DNA of 64,000 nucleotides from Methanobacteriota archaeon (GTDB taxonomy: Archaea; Thermoplasmatota; Poseidoniia; Poseidoniales; Poseidoniaceae), in contig PSPR01000009.1 in NCBI GenBank assembly GCA_004195515.1, forward strand, positions 13,170-77,169. The letters run 5' to 3'. Both the position numbers and the translations under genes were made by a program. The first letter of the stretch is position 1; every line of letters begins with the position of its first letter. Positions 43,947 to 53,253 of the stretch are shown here, piece by piece. The notes beneath the pieces are model-generated. The model was not told the DNA's origin, did no database searches, and saw nothing but the letters and a program-made list of their open reading frames with translations.

Positions 43947-45706
43947 ATTCCGGATTTCACTTCTCAGCCGACGCCAGAGATGGCAACAGTCGAAGATTAA
44001 AGATCGAGATCAAACTCAAATCTCCATTTATCGGTAATTCTCTCGAATTAAAATTTCCACGTTGGGTTCCAGGGTCATATCTGATTCGTGAACCGATGCA
44101 GCACCTCACAAACCTGAATGGTAGCATCGATGGCAAAGAGGTTAAGGTTGTTAGAATCGGGGTCGATGGAATCAGAATAAGCAATGTTAGCAATGCTAAT
44201 GAGGTTATACTTACTTATGATTTACTCGCTGCAGAAATGACATGTCGAGCCAATCATTTAGATGCTACACACGTCCATATAATGCCACCATATACCTGGA
44301 TGTTACCGACAAAAGGTGTAGATAAATCAAGGATGGATCTCACTCACAATATCGGATTGAAAACCCCAAAAGGTTGGCAGACTGCAACCCAATATCCGGG
44401 GGCTGAGGGTCGATGGAAGGCTGATGGACGAGATGAATTACTAGACGGCATCATGGAATCGAATGCCAATAAAATGATCACTTGGGAAGTGATGGGCCGA
44501 ACCCAACATCTGAAAATGTGGGATTCGGGCGGATTGGAAATCCCAACAAAAGCGATTCAGAGATTCAAAGAAGCGATGACGTTGATCATCGAAGAACATT
44601 ACGGCCTCTTCGGGGTGCCAAAATGGCAAGAATACTGGACCATATTCCATTTTACCGAAAGCGGCCGAGGAGGATTGGAACATATGCGAAGCCAAACATC
44701 GATGATGCCTCGTCGTTGTTTGCAAGAAGGCAATGAGGATGATTGGCGAGATCTGGTTTCTTTGTTTAGTCATGAATTCCTTCACCAATGGAATGTAAAA
44801 CAATTACGACCAAAAAATTTCCTTGATTACGACCTCCAGCAAGAGGTTCACAGCGATCTTTTGTGGTGGTTTGAAGGATTGACCTCATGGCTCGGAGACA
44901 TCATTTGTTTGCGTAGTGGAGTTTGGAGCGAGAAGGATTGGAATAAGGATTGGATGCGCAAAATGAAACGCCATCATGACCGCAATGGCATGTTGAGTGA
45001 GAGTTTGGTTGAAAGTTCCCATGACGCGTGGATTCACCTCTATAGACCTAATTCTTACAGTCGAGAAGTTCAAATCTCATATTATTTGGAGGGCGAGATG
45101 GTTATCTTCTGCCTCGACGCTGAATTACGACGACGATCCAAAGGAGAATTCGGTATGGACGATGTGATGGTCACCCTATTCAATAACCATAATTTGGATT
45201 CAGAGAATCCTGGTATTTCGCATAAAGACATCAAAAAAGCTCTAGTCAACACCCCGGGTGGACGTAGACTCGGGATGATGCTCGATGAATTGGTTACAGC
45301 AAAACAAGCACCTGACATCGATTCTGCGTGTAAAAGTCTTGGTCTAGAAATGGTGGTCGAAAAGGAACAAAAAGGTGCTTGGCTCGGATTAAATATGTCA
45401 AATTCGACCAATCAAACCAAGGTTAGAACTCATTTGACAGGATCTCCTTGCCGTGATTTGATTCATACAGGCGATGAAATTCTTGCTGTCAATGGTTTGA
45501 GAGTAACTTCTTGTAAAACACTATCGGCAGCTGTTTACGATTTTATCGACCAGCCGGTCAAAATAACCCTATCACGCCAAGCTAGGCTACAGACCATCGA
45601 AGTGATACCGATAGCAAATCCGGCTCATCGGGTCAAGATTTCTGGAAAAGGCAATAAAATTTGGAAAGCGATCAAAGCGAGTAAGCGCTCACGAGTCCTG
45701 TTCTAA
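43943..45706 (+). CDS. M61 glycyl-aminopeptidase family metallopeptidase with C-terminal PDZ domain
   Basis: HExxH in FSHEFLHQWN with a downstream Glu ligand (WWFEGLTSW). PDZ-like C-terminus (GDEILAVNGLRV). Overlaps the HEAT gene by 4 nt. Confidence 0.8.
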   Translation: MNSGFHFSADARDGNSRRLKIEIKLKSPFIGNSLELKFPRWVPGSYLIREPMQHLTNLNGSIDGKEVKVVRIGVDGIRISNVSNANEVILTYDLLAAEMTCRANHLDATHVHIMPPYTWMLPTKGVDKSRMDLTHNIGLKTPKGWQTATQYPGAEGRWKADGRDELLDGIMESNANKMITWEVMGRTQHLKMWDSGGLEIPTKAIQRFKEAMTLIIEEHYGLFGVPKWQEYWTIFHFTESGRGGLEHMRSQTSMMPRRCLQEGNEDDWRDLVSLFSHEFLHQWNVKQLRPKNFLDYDLQQEVHSDLLWWFEGLTSWLGDIICLRSGVWSEKDWNKDWMRKMKRHHDRNGMLSESLVESSHDAWIHLYRPNSYSREVQISYYLEGEMVIFCLDAELRRRSKGEFGMDDVMVTLFNNHNLDSENPGISHKDIKKALVNTPGGRRLGMMLDELVTAKQAPDIDSACKSLGLEMVVEKEQKGAWLGLNMSNSTNQTKVRTHLTGSPCRDLIHTGDEILAVNGLRVTSCKTLSAAVYDFIDQPVKITLSRQARLQTIEVIPIANPAHRVKISGKGNKIWKAIKASKRSRVLF

Positions 45707-46108
45707 AACATCGAGCAGCACATGGATTGGCGGCAGATCATCAGCGATGGTATGTCTACTGGTTTTAGGTGGAAATAATTCCCCAGATAGGCTCATCGAA
45801 ATCACTTCCTCTTTGGTCAAACCATCCAGACCAGACGCCGGCCAAACATCGACCGATATCGAATCGTCGGTCAAATAATCTATGAGGATAGCCGGTACTC
45901 GCTTTAGTTCTAATTCGATAGCGATAGAGTGACGGTGGTGGCCATCCAAAATGACTCCACTCTTCGAATCGACCAACAATGGTTTTGTGAATCCACCCCA
46001 TCTAATGGTCATATCGAGCAATTTATCACGATTGCGAGTTTTGATTTGCTCGTGTGGCTTCAACCATGCAAGAGATACTAGTTCGACATCATCAGCATCC
46101 CATGACAT
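45689..46108 (-). CDS. ParB/sulfiredoxin-fold (ParB-like nuclease domain) protein
   Basis: ParB-N/Srx-like core LKPHEQ...ILDGHHRHSIAIEL. The ORF-track start at 46228 would overlap the divergent CCA gene; the internal ATG at 46108 is used. Confidence 0.5.
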   Translation of the reverse strand: MSWDADDVELVSLAWLKPHEQIKTRNRDKLLDMTIRWGGFTKPLLVDSKSGVILDGHHRHSIAIELELKRVPAILIDYLTDDSISVDVWPASGLDGLTKEEVISMSLSGELFPPKTSRHTIADDLPPIHVLLDVLEQDS

Positions 46109-46182
46109 AGCACCAATGCGGGCGTGGGTTTGGGATAATGCTTTGGAAAGGTTGAGCCCGAGCCTGTTAGGAGGGGAGGACC

Positions 46183-47439
46183 ATGAACCAAGGTAAACTC
46201 GGCGATACCCCTCATGCTGAACGGCCAAATTTATTGCCTGTGAACACCGATTTACAAAACGTGGTCAAGACAATAGCCAGCAATGGCTGTGGAGTTTGGA
46301 TAGTCGGCGGAGCAGTGCGGGATGCACTTCTCGGAATGAACCCACACGAATACGACATAGCAAGCGATGCTACGCCAGACCAAATCGAATCATTCTTTCC
46401 GGGCCAAACCATACCGACCGGGAAACAATTCGGCACCATAACCGTCCGCAGTGGTGATTCTATGTTTGAGGTGACCACTTTGAGAACCGAGAGTGGTTAT
46501 GGCGACGGTCGACGACCTGATGAGGTCGAATGGGGCCGTAGCCTTGCCATTGACCTCTCACGTCGAGATTTCACCATCAATGCGATGGCTTACGACCTGA
46601 CAAGAGGTTTACTTCACGACCCGTATAATGGCGAAGACGATCTGAAAAACTCGCAATTGCGAGCGGTTGGAAATGCAAATCAACGATTATCGGAAGACGG
46701 ATTGCGGATAATGAGAGCATATCGGTTCATGGATCGCGCTGCTGCCGGTGTTTGGATTCCAAATAGCGAACTAAACAATGCTTTGATCGATTGCCGAGCA
46801 ATGCTTTACAAGGTTTCAGTAGAGCGAATTTGGTCAGAGTTAAAACGAATTATTACAGGGCAAAATGCCGATATTGTTTTAGCGAAAATGGCAAATGACG
46901 GTGTGCTGAATTCGATTTTTCAGACCACTATTCCACTCGAATCCATAGAGATAATCGCATCGAATTCTCTTGATCTTGAACCGAGATTAGCGATTTTACT
47001 CAAAGATGAAACCACGATGAGCGTAAAGGCAATTCTCACCAGGTTGCGAGCATCGAGCGCTCAAATCAAACGCACAAGGCACTTGCATTTCCTACTGGAT
47101 AAAGCCCCCACAAAACTCGACTCTCGCCTCTATAGAGCAGTTATATCAAGCGAAGTACCAACTCATATTGAACTGGCCAAATTATTGAATTTAGATTACG
47201 AAAATCATTCTAATTCCTTGCAATACCCGACCGATGTGAAATGTATCATCGATGGCCGATGGCTGATGGAGCGAACAAATCTCGGCCCCGGAAAGAAACT
47301 AGGTCGACTCAAAGAATGGATTCACCGAATCCAAATCGAACGAAATCTTTCGACTGTAGAGCAATTAGAAACCATATTGTGTTCATTACCTTGGCAAAGT
47401 GGTGACCCGAATGATTGGCCTAAGGTCGAATGGCCCTGA
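46183..47439 (+). CDS. class II (bacterial/eukaryotic-type) tRNA nucleotidyltransferase / poly(A) polymerase family protein
   Basis: Pol-beta head domain VWIVGGAVRDALLG...YDIASDATPDQI. Class II body motifs TLRTESGYGDGRRPDEVEW and RDFTINAMAY. No HD domain. Confidence 0.75.
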   Translation: MNQGKLGDTPHAERPNLLPVNTDLQNVVKTIASNGCGVWIVGGAVRDALLGMNPHEYDIASDATPDQIESFFPGQTIPTGKQFGTITVRSGDSMFEVTTLRTESGYGDGRRPDEVEWGRSLAIDLSRRDFTINAMAYDLTRGLLHDPYNGEDDLKNSQLRAVGNANQRLSEDGLRIMRAYRFMDRAAAGVWIPNSELNNALIDCRAMLYKVSVERIWSELKRIITGQNADIVLAKMANDGVLNSIFQTTIPLESIEIIASNSLDLEPRLAILLKDETTMSVKAILTRLRASSAQIKRTRHLHFLLDKAPTKLDSRLYRAVISSEVPTHIELAKLLNLDYENHSNSLQYPTDVKCIIDGRWLMERTNLGPGKKLGRLKEWIHRIQIERNLSTVEQLETILCSLPWQSGDPNDWPKVEWP

Positions 47440-47466
47440 CCGGACTATTCATTGAGGTGAGCCGGG

Positions 47467-48600
47467 GTGGCTCAAATGATGGAAGACAAAAAGAAACAGG
47501 CCGAAGGTTTGCTGAAAACCGGTGGATATGCGGCACTTTTCTCTTTTTTCATGTTCTTTATCGGCTCCGAAGGTGCTGGATTCATTGGCTGTTTTTTTGC
47601 AGTAATTATGCTATTTGCCGGCGCTATTGCCCACTCTAGTGCAGCGGTTTCTGCAGCAGCAGGTGATGGTAAAATGGTGCTCCAACAAGCCCAAGATGGC
47701 CAGTGGACTTGGGTTCAGCAAGGTGGAGAGGAAAATCCGGTCGCTTCTATGGCATTTAACGATCCAAATAATCAAATTCTTTCAAGGGTTATATCCGAAG
47801 TTAGAAATGGCTCCGATCTTGAATCATTGGAATCGAATGAATTGAACATATTAGCCCAAGCATATGGTGTCAATGCTGGTTCCCAGAAGCAAAAAATCCT
47901 TTCACTCAAGACCTCACCATTGGCGGCAAAGGCGATGAAACTTGGCGCTGGTGCTGCGGTTGGAGCCGCTGCAATCGGTGCGACATCGATGATAGCAAAG
48001 GCGACTAGAGCTGCAAAAGTAAAGAAAGAAGCAATCAATGTAACTGTCGATGAATACGTCGAGGAGATCGAACAATTGGTCCCAGAACCTATCATCGAAG
48101 AAGCGGTCATTGAAGAGATTGCAGAAGAGGTCGTTGAGGAAGAAGTCCTCGAAGAGGAGATCGAAGAAGAAATCTTAGAAGAGGTCGTTGAGGAAGAAGT
48201 TCTCGAAGAGGAAATCATTGAAGAATCGGTCATTGATGAAGAAGTTGAATTGACCGAAGGCATCGATACCCCACTCGAGCACGCAATCCAATCACTCGGG
48301 CAAGCAAGGCTTTCAAGTGAGAGAAAGGCGATATTAGACCAATTGGATAGCAAATTCAGATTGACTTTAAAAATTTCAAAGATCGAAAGAACCCTTCTAG
48401 GTGACCCCGGTTACCGCGGTGGCACATCATTGCACGGATTAATAGATGGAGGGCCATTCTCGGGATTGATTCAACTTCACACCGATATTGAAGACCATGG
48501 CTTAAAAGTCGGTGAAACCGTAGTGTTGGATGCGAACCTTGAGGATTATCGCTCCAGTTTGAAGCGAGCGGTTCTCAAATCAGAACGCATTCAAGGTTGA
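47467..48600 (+). CDS. membrane-anchored protein with tandem acidic EEVVEEEVLEEEIEEEIL repeats
   Basis: N-terminal TM helices. The central region is encoded by a ~60-bp tandem DNA repeat at 48118-48230. Gly/Ala-rich TM at 47930-48000. Confidence 0.5.
   Translation: MAQMMEDKKKQAEGLLKTGGYAALFSFFMFFIGSEGAGFIGCFFAVIMLFAGAIAHSSAAVSAAAGDGKMVLQQAQDGQWTWVQQGGEENPVASMAFNDPNNQILSRVISEVRNGSDLESLESNELNILAQAYGVNAGSQKQKILSLKTSPLAAKAMKLGAGAAVGAAAIGATSMIAKATRAAKVKKEAINVTVDEYVEEIEQLVPEPIIEEAVIEEIAEEVVEEEVLEEEIEEEILEEVVEEEVLEEEIIEESVIDEEVELTEGIDTPLEHAIQSLGQARLSSERKAILDQLDSKFRLTLKISKIERTLLGDPGYRGGTSLHGLIDGGPFSGLIQLHTDIEDHGLKVGETVVLDANLEDYRSSLKRAVLKSERIQG
48118..48230 (+). repeat. ~60-bp tandem direct repeat (two copies) encoding EEVVEEEVLEEEIEEEIL units
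   Basis: gaagaggtcgttgaggaagaagt(c/t)ctcgaagaggaRatc... is repeated back to back. Confidence 0.7.
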
Positions 48601-49763
48601 ATCGCTCTTGCGATAACGATTTTCTGGACCTCTTGAGTGCCTTCGTAAATCTGAGTTATCTTTGCGTCTCGGAAGAATCTCTCTACTGGGAATTCTTTGG
48701 TATAACCATAGCCTCCAAGGACTTGGATGGCTCTTTCAGAAACCCACATCGCGGTATCACCTGCGAATAATTTTGCCATACTCGCCTCTTTAGAGTGTCT
48801 TGGTCCACCGTTCTCATAATGGTTTTGTTTTGCCCAAGATGCCCTATAGACCAATAGACGAGCAGCATCTATCTTGGTTGCCATTTCAGCTAAATAAGCG
48901 GTAATCATTTGGTGTTGAGCAATTGGTTTGCCAAATGCTTCACGTTCGTGAGCATATTGTAATGCGGCCTCGAACGCCCCCTGAGCGATGCCTAGGGCTT
49001 GGGCTGCAATTCCGATTCTTGAATTATCGAGAGCATTCATTCCTATCGAAAATCCTTTGCCCGGTCCTTTGAGGACATTTCCCACCGGTACTTTACAATC
49101 ATCGAGAATCAAAGTGCAGGTATCGGATGATCTAATCCCCAATTTATCCTCTTTTTTGCCGACGGTGAAGCCTTCGTAAGATTGCTCGACAATGAATGCA
49201 GTGGTACCACCATGGCGTTTTATGCCATAGTCTGGATGGTCGACATCCTTGGCAAAAAGGACAAATATTTTGGCTTGGGTACCATTGGTAACCCACATTT
49301 TTTCTCCGTTTAGGAGCCAATGGCTACCGTCTTCTGATAACTTGGCTTTACAGGACATTGCGGCCGCATCGGTACCTGCACCCGCTTCTGAGAGTGAATA
49401 AGCGCCGACTTCGCCCGCTGCAAGTCTAGGCAGATAAGCCGCTTTTTGTTCATCGGTTCCGTGGAGTGCAATGGTTTTTGAGCATAATCCAACATGAACA
49501 CAATACATTACTGCAAAGGAAGGATCTACCCTTGCCAATTCTTCGATAATAATCGACTCACATATATCATCGACTGGAGTTCCACCGTATTTCTCAGGAA
49601 TAGTTATTCCCTGAAGACCGTATTCGAGGAATTGCTCCCATTCTTTCGAAGGAGCGATTTGGTCTGCATCTCTAATTGAAACCGTTGGGTTGAGTATCGA
49701 TTCGGCAAAGTCGCGAACAAGTTCTCTAATCATCTCTTGCTCCTCGGTTTGGGCAAACTGCAT
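48591..49763 (-). CDS. acyl-CoA dehydrogenase
   Basis: ACAD N/M/C domains are all present (FTEEQEMIRELVRDFAE, YCVHVGLC, catalytic E in YEGTQEVQ). Conserved start MQFAQTEEQE. Confidence 0.9.
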   Translation of the reverse strand: MQFAQTEEQEMIRELVRDFAESILNPTVSIRDADQIAPSKEWEQFLEYGLQGITIPEKYGGTPVDDICESIIIEELARVDPSFAVMYCVHVGLCSKTIALHGTDEQKAAYLPRLAAGEVGAYSLSEAGAGTDAAAMSCKAKLSEDGSHWLLNGEKMWVTNGTQAKIFVLFAKDVDHPDYGIKRHGGTTAFIVEQSYEGFTVGKKEDKLGIRSSDTCTLILDDCKVPVGNVLKGPGKGFSIGMNALDNSRIGIAAQALGIAQGAFEAALQYAHEREAFGKPIAQHQMITAYLAEMATKIDAARLLVYRASWAKQNHYENGGPRHSKEASMAKLFAGDTAMWVSERAIQVLGGYGYTKEFPVERFFRDAKITQIYEGTQEVQKIVIARAIQP

Positions 49764-49839
49764 AATGTGTGGGAGGTAGGTCTTCCATATGAGCCATACT
49801 ACTAACATGGTGGTCTAATATCCAACGCGTTCATATAGA

Positions 49840-50271
49840 ATGTGCCAAACGGCGCGTCGGGGACAGACCATGGACGATGAAATCATGGAATTCGGCATCG
49901 CACACGACCGCAAATATTCGAGGGACCACCTTTGGTTTCAAGAAAAAGATGACCGACTTGTAGTTGGCATTTCGGACTACCTAGCCTCTGAAATAGGCGA
50001 TATACTACGAGTCATTCTACCTCACGCTGATACCGAAGTCGATGAAGAACAATCTCTTTTCTCCCTTTGGACCGCTGATGAAAAACTCACCTTCCCGAGC
50101 CCGTTCGCTGGAACCTTGGCCGAAGTTAATGGTGAGGTCGAGATCAATCCGGAATTGGTCAATGACTCACCTTACGATATTGGTTGGATCATCATTCTCG
50201 ACCCACACGATTACGATATGGAAAATCTACTCGACGGTGATGAGTACGTAGATTTCCTTGCTGAGGATTGA
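49840..50271 (+). CDS. glycine-cleavage H-protein (GcvH) family protein
   Basis: KYSRDHLWFQ...VVGISDYLASEIGDI...SPFAGTLAEVNGEVEINPELVNDSPYDIGWI matches the GcvH fold end to end. The lipoyl-lysine context ESVK is not conserved (ADEKL). Confidence 0.65.
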   Translation: MCQTARRGQTMDDEIMEFGIAHDRKYSRDHLWFQEKDDRLVVGISDYLASEIGDILRVILPHADTEVDEEQSLFSLWTADEKLTFPSPFAGTLAEVNGEVEINPELVNDSPYDIGWIIILDPHDYDMENLLDGDEYVDFLAED

Positions 50272-50274
50272 TTC

Positions 50275-50850
50275 TTGATGTCCGATGCATTGGCTCTGTT
50301 GAAGCAAAGCCTTGCAAATGCGCCAATAATTTGGAAAGGAGATTATCCGTATTTCATCCATCCGCTCACCGATGGAGTGCCACGACTTGATCCTGAAGTT
50401 CTATCAGCTGTAGTCAAATTATCACTCGAAGCCATCGATTGGGAAAATACCGATTTAATTCTTGGAATCGAAGCGATGGGTTTGCCACTATGCGCACCGC
50501 TTTCGATAGAGAGTGGCAAGCCGTTAGTCATTGCTCGCAAACGAAGTTATGGCCTTGAAGGCGAAGTGATAATCGACCAATCGACGGGATATTCCAAAGG
50601 AGCGATGTGGTTGAATGACATCAAGGATGGAGAGCGAGTTGTTATCCTGGATGATGTCCTCTCTACTGGGGGCACCCTTCGATCTGTTATCGAAGGGGTA
50701 AACCGAGCAGGTGGAATCGTCTCGCACGTTATGACGGTGGTCGAAAAGGGGCCTGGTTTGGCTATTTTGGCCCAAGAATTCCCTGGAATCCCATTCAATT
50801 CATTGGTTCGTCTTGAGATGGAACACGATAAAATCATCATCTTGGAGTGA
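50275..50850 (+). CDS. type I phosphoribosyltransferase (archaeal purine PRTase-like)
   Basis: PRPP-binding motif VVILDDVLSTGGTLRSV. 191 aa. Confidence 0.7.
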   Translation: MMSDALALLKQSLANAPIIWKGDYPYFIHPLTDGVPRLDPEVLSAVVKLSLEAIDWENTDLILGIEAMGLPLCAPLSIESGKPLVIARKRSYGLEGEVIIDQSTGYSKGAMWLNDIKDGERVVILDDVLSTGGTLRSVIEGVNRAGGIVSHVMTVVEKGPGLAILAQEFPGIPFNSLVRLEMEHDKIIILE

Positions 50851-51959
50851 TAGTTATGGATTTAAATCGACACGATTTTCAATTAAAGGAGCTCATCGAT
50901 AGAATTCAAACAAACGATAACCGTTTGATCGCACTTCAAGTGCCGGAAGGTCTCAAAATGCAAGCGCTTGAGATGATGGATGAAATCGAAGAGGAAACCG
51001 CTGCAAAAGTCATTCTCGCGGCGGATCCTTGCTACGGTGCATGCGATTTGGTCCACGACAAAATGAAAATGATGGGAGTTGAATTAGTCGCTCACATGGG
51101 TCATTCACAAATGAATATAGAATCGGGTATGCCAACTCAGTTTATCGATGTAACCTACGATGGAGACCCCGAGATTGACGCAGTTCTTCCACTATTGGCT
51201 CAGCATCGTGCAATCGCTGAATCTAGATTGGGACAACTGGAAGAAGACTTGAGTGAAGAGGAAGCGAAAGAGAGATTTCTCGATGCTGTCGGTAGGGTTG
51301 CACCACTCAAAGGCACCAAATTAGGCCTGGTTGGTTCGATTCAACATTTGCACCTAATTTTTGATTTCAAAAAGCGTTTCGAAGCCGCTGGTTATGAGGT
51401 TGAAGTCCCGGTTGGTGGCGCTCGACTCACCTTCCCTGGCCAAGTACTCGGTTGCAATTATTCAGGCGATGACGATGAGATTGGCCACTATTTATTTCTC
51501 GGTAGCGGTGATTTTCATCCAATTGGTTTGGCCCTTCATACCGGAAAGCCCCTAGCCATGCTCGACCCTTATACCGGCGATGCCGATGAAATGGGAGCGG
51601 AGCGAATCGAGAGAATTCTTCGTCAAAGGTTTGGCATGATAATGTCGATTCAGGACTCGCAAACCTTTGCTATATTGATCGGTGAAAAACCAGGGCAAAT
51701 GCGCCGCACTCTCGCCCTTAGGCTCAAGAGATTATTGACAAAACATGGTAAAAAAGGCTACTTGCTCGCACTGGAGCATATCGGACCTGAATTGATTAAT
51801 TTCTATCCGGTCGATGCTTTCGTCAATACCGCTTGCCCAAGAATTGCAATCGACGATGCGGTCAGATATTCCAAGCCATTGGTAACGCCTTTCGAATTAG
51901 AGGTTGCTCTAGGTGAAAAAAAGTGGGAAACCGGATACCAATTCGATGAAATCCCTTAA
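50847..51959 (+). CDS. dph2: 2-(3-amino-3-carboxypropyl)histidine synthase (diphthamide biosynthesis Dph2)
   Basis: Three-subdomain Dph2 layout, with conserved Cys in the first, second and third thirds (DPCYGACD, VLGCNYS, NTACPRI). Size 370 aa. Overlaps the PRTase gene by 4 nt. Confidence 0.75.
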   Translation: MIVMDLNRHDFQLKELIDRIQTNDNRLIALQVPEGLKMQALEMMDEIEEETAAKVILAADPCYGACDLVHDKMKMMGVELVAHMGHSQMNIESGMPTQFIDVTYDGDPEIDAVLPLLAQHRAIAESRLGQLEEDLSEEEAKERFLDAVGRVAPLKGTKLGLVGSIQHLHLIFDFKKRFEAAGYEVEVPVGGARLTFPGQVLGCNYSGDDDEIGHYLFLGSGDFHPIGLALHTGKPLAMLDPYTGDADEMGAERIERILRQRFGMIMSIQDSQTFAILIGEKPGQMRRTLALRLKRLLTKHGKKGYLLALEHIGPELINFYPVDAFVNTACPRIAIDDAVRYSKPLVTPFELEVALGEKKWETGYQFDEIP

Positions 51960-52011
51960 CCATTATTAGAGGGGATTCTTCAATAACCGTAGACGGTGAC
52001 CCCTCAAGGTC

Positions 52012-53172
52012 ATGGGCACTTATCTTGACCGAATCGGAGCGGGGTTGGTTCTCGCTCATCCAGAGGTATTTGGATTCGACTACGTACCGCAAGAATTGGT
52101 TGGTCGTGAGCATGCTCAAAAGGAATTGGCCAGCATGTTCGTTGGTCTCGCTCATCCAGAGGGAACAGGGCGTGCTGTCGTAACCGGCCCCGTGGGTTCT
52201 GGTAAAACCGCCTTGGTCAAACGGTTCTGTGTCGATATGATCCGTCATCTTTCCAATGCTCGCTCAATAAAAAACGTGCATGTGAATTGCCGCAATGCAA
52301 CGACCGCTTCTCGGGTTATTCAAAAGGTCATCAAAGATCTCGACCCCGGTTACCCCGACCGGGGCTTGGGGGTTGGAGAATTACTAACTTCGTTACGGCG
52401 AATGATAATTGCCGAATCTGTCCATCTCATCATCGTTTTGGATGAGGTCGATCATTTGTTGCGCCATGGCGGTGATGATGTATTGTATAAATTATTAAGA
52501 ATTGATGAAGATATGGATTCTACTGGTACCTTATCGTTGATCTTAATTTCACAAGAACAAATTCTGGATATTCTCGAAGGTGCGGTCATCTCCCGCATGG
52601 GTCGCTCCAACCACCTCCGTTTACCTCCCTATAACGAGAATGGTTTGCTAGCGATAGCTCGACAAAGGGCCAAAGCTGGTTTGACCAATGGGAGTTACTC
52701 AGATGAAACCTTGGTTTTGATCGCCCAAGCCGCTGCTCCTACCGGTGATGCCCGAAGGGTGATCGAATTATTGGAAGGTTCGGCGAGACGGGCTGAAATA
52801 CAAGGTCGAAATTCTATCGACTCAAAAGATGTCCAGCGGACGGTCATCACCCATTCGATAAATGTTGATTTACTAGATATCGATAGACTTCCGGTTCATT
52901 CGATGATATTGCTTTTGGGTTTGTGCAGGAAAATACGCCGAACCGGGACGATTACCAGCGGCGAAACCGAGCAAAATTACAAAGTAGTTTGCGAAGAATT
53001 TGATGAAAAACCAAAGGGTCATACCACGGTTTGGAAGTATATTAAACAACTCGCACAAGATGAAAAAGTGGAGGGCGGGAAAGGCCGAACTCAACATATT
53101 ACAATGCCTCATATGTTGCCCAGTGATGTGGCTAGACGACTCGAATTATTGATTCCTGCACGTCTTAAATGA
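52012..53172 (+). CDS. orc1: Orc1/Cdc6 replication initiator
   Basis: AAA+ Walker A VVTGPVGSGKTALVKRF, Walker B IIVLDEVD, sensor and arginine finger. C-terminal winged helix (GETEQNYKVVCEEFDEKPKGHTTVWKYIKQLAQ). Confidence 0.9.
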   Translation: MGTYLDRIGAGLVLAHPEVFGFDYVPQELVGREHAQKELASMFVGLAHPEGTGRAVVTGPVGSGKTALVKRFCVDMIRHLSNARSIKNVHVNCRNATTASRVIQKVIKDLDPGYPDRGLGVGELLTSLRRMIIAESVHLIIVLDEVDHLLRHGGDDVLYKLLRIDEDMDSTGTLSLILISQEQILDILEGAVISRMGRSNHLRLPPYNENGLLAIARQRAKAGLTNGSYSDETLVLIAQAAAPTGDARRVIELLEGSARRAEIQGRNSIDSKDVQRTVITHSINVDLLDIDRLPVHSMILLLGLCRKIRRTGTITSGETEQNYKVVCEEFDEKPKGHTTVWKYIKQLAQDEKVEGGKGRTQHITMPHMLPSDVARRLELLIPARLK

Positions 53173-53253
53173 AGCTTCGGTTTCCAAAGTGACCACAGAT
53201 GGGGCTAAATACCCGTCCCATGTCGCCCGGTTTGCTCAAAGGAGTCGTCTTTC

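Noticed and set aside
47772-48353. 193-aa Ser-rich ORF on the minus strand
   Set aside because: Mirror image of the GAA/GAG-rich acidic repeat. Low-complexity artefact.
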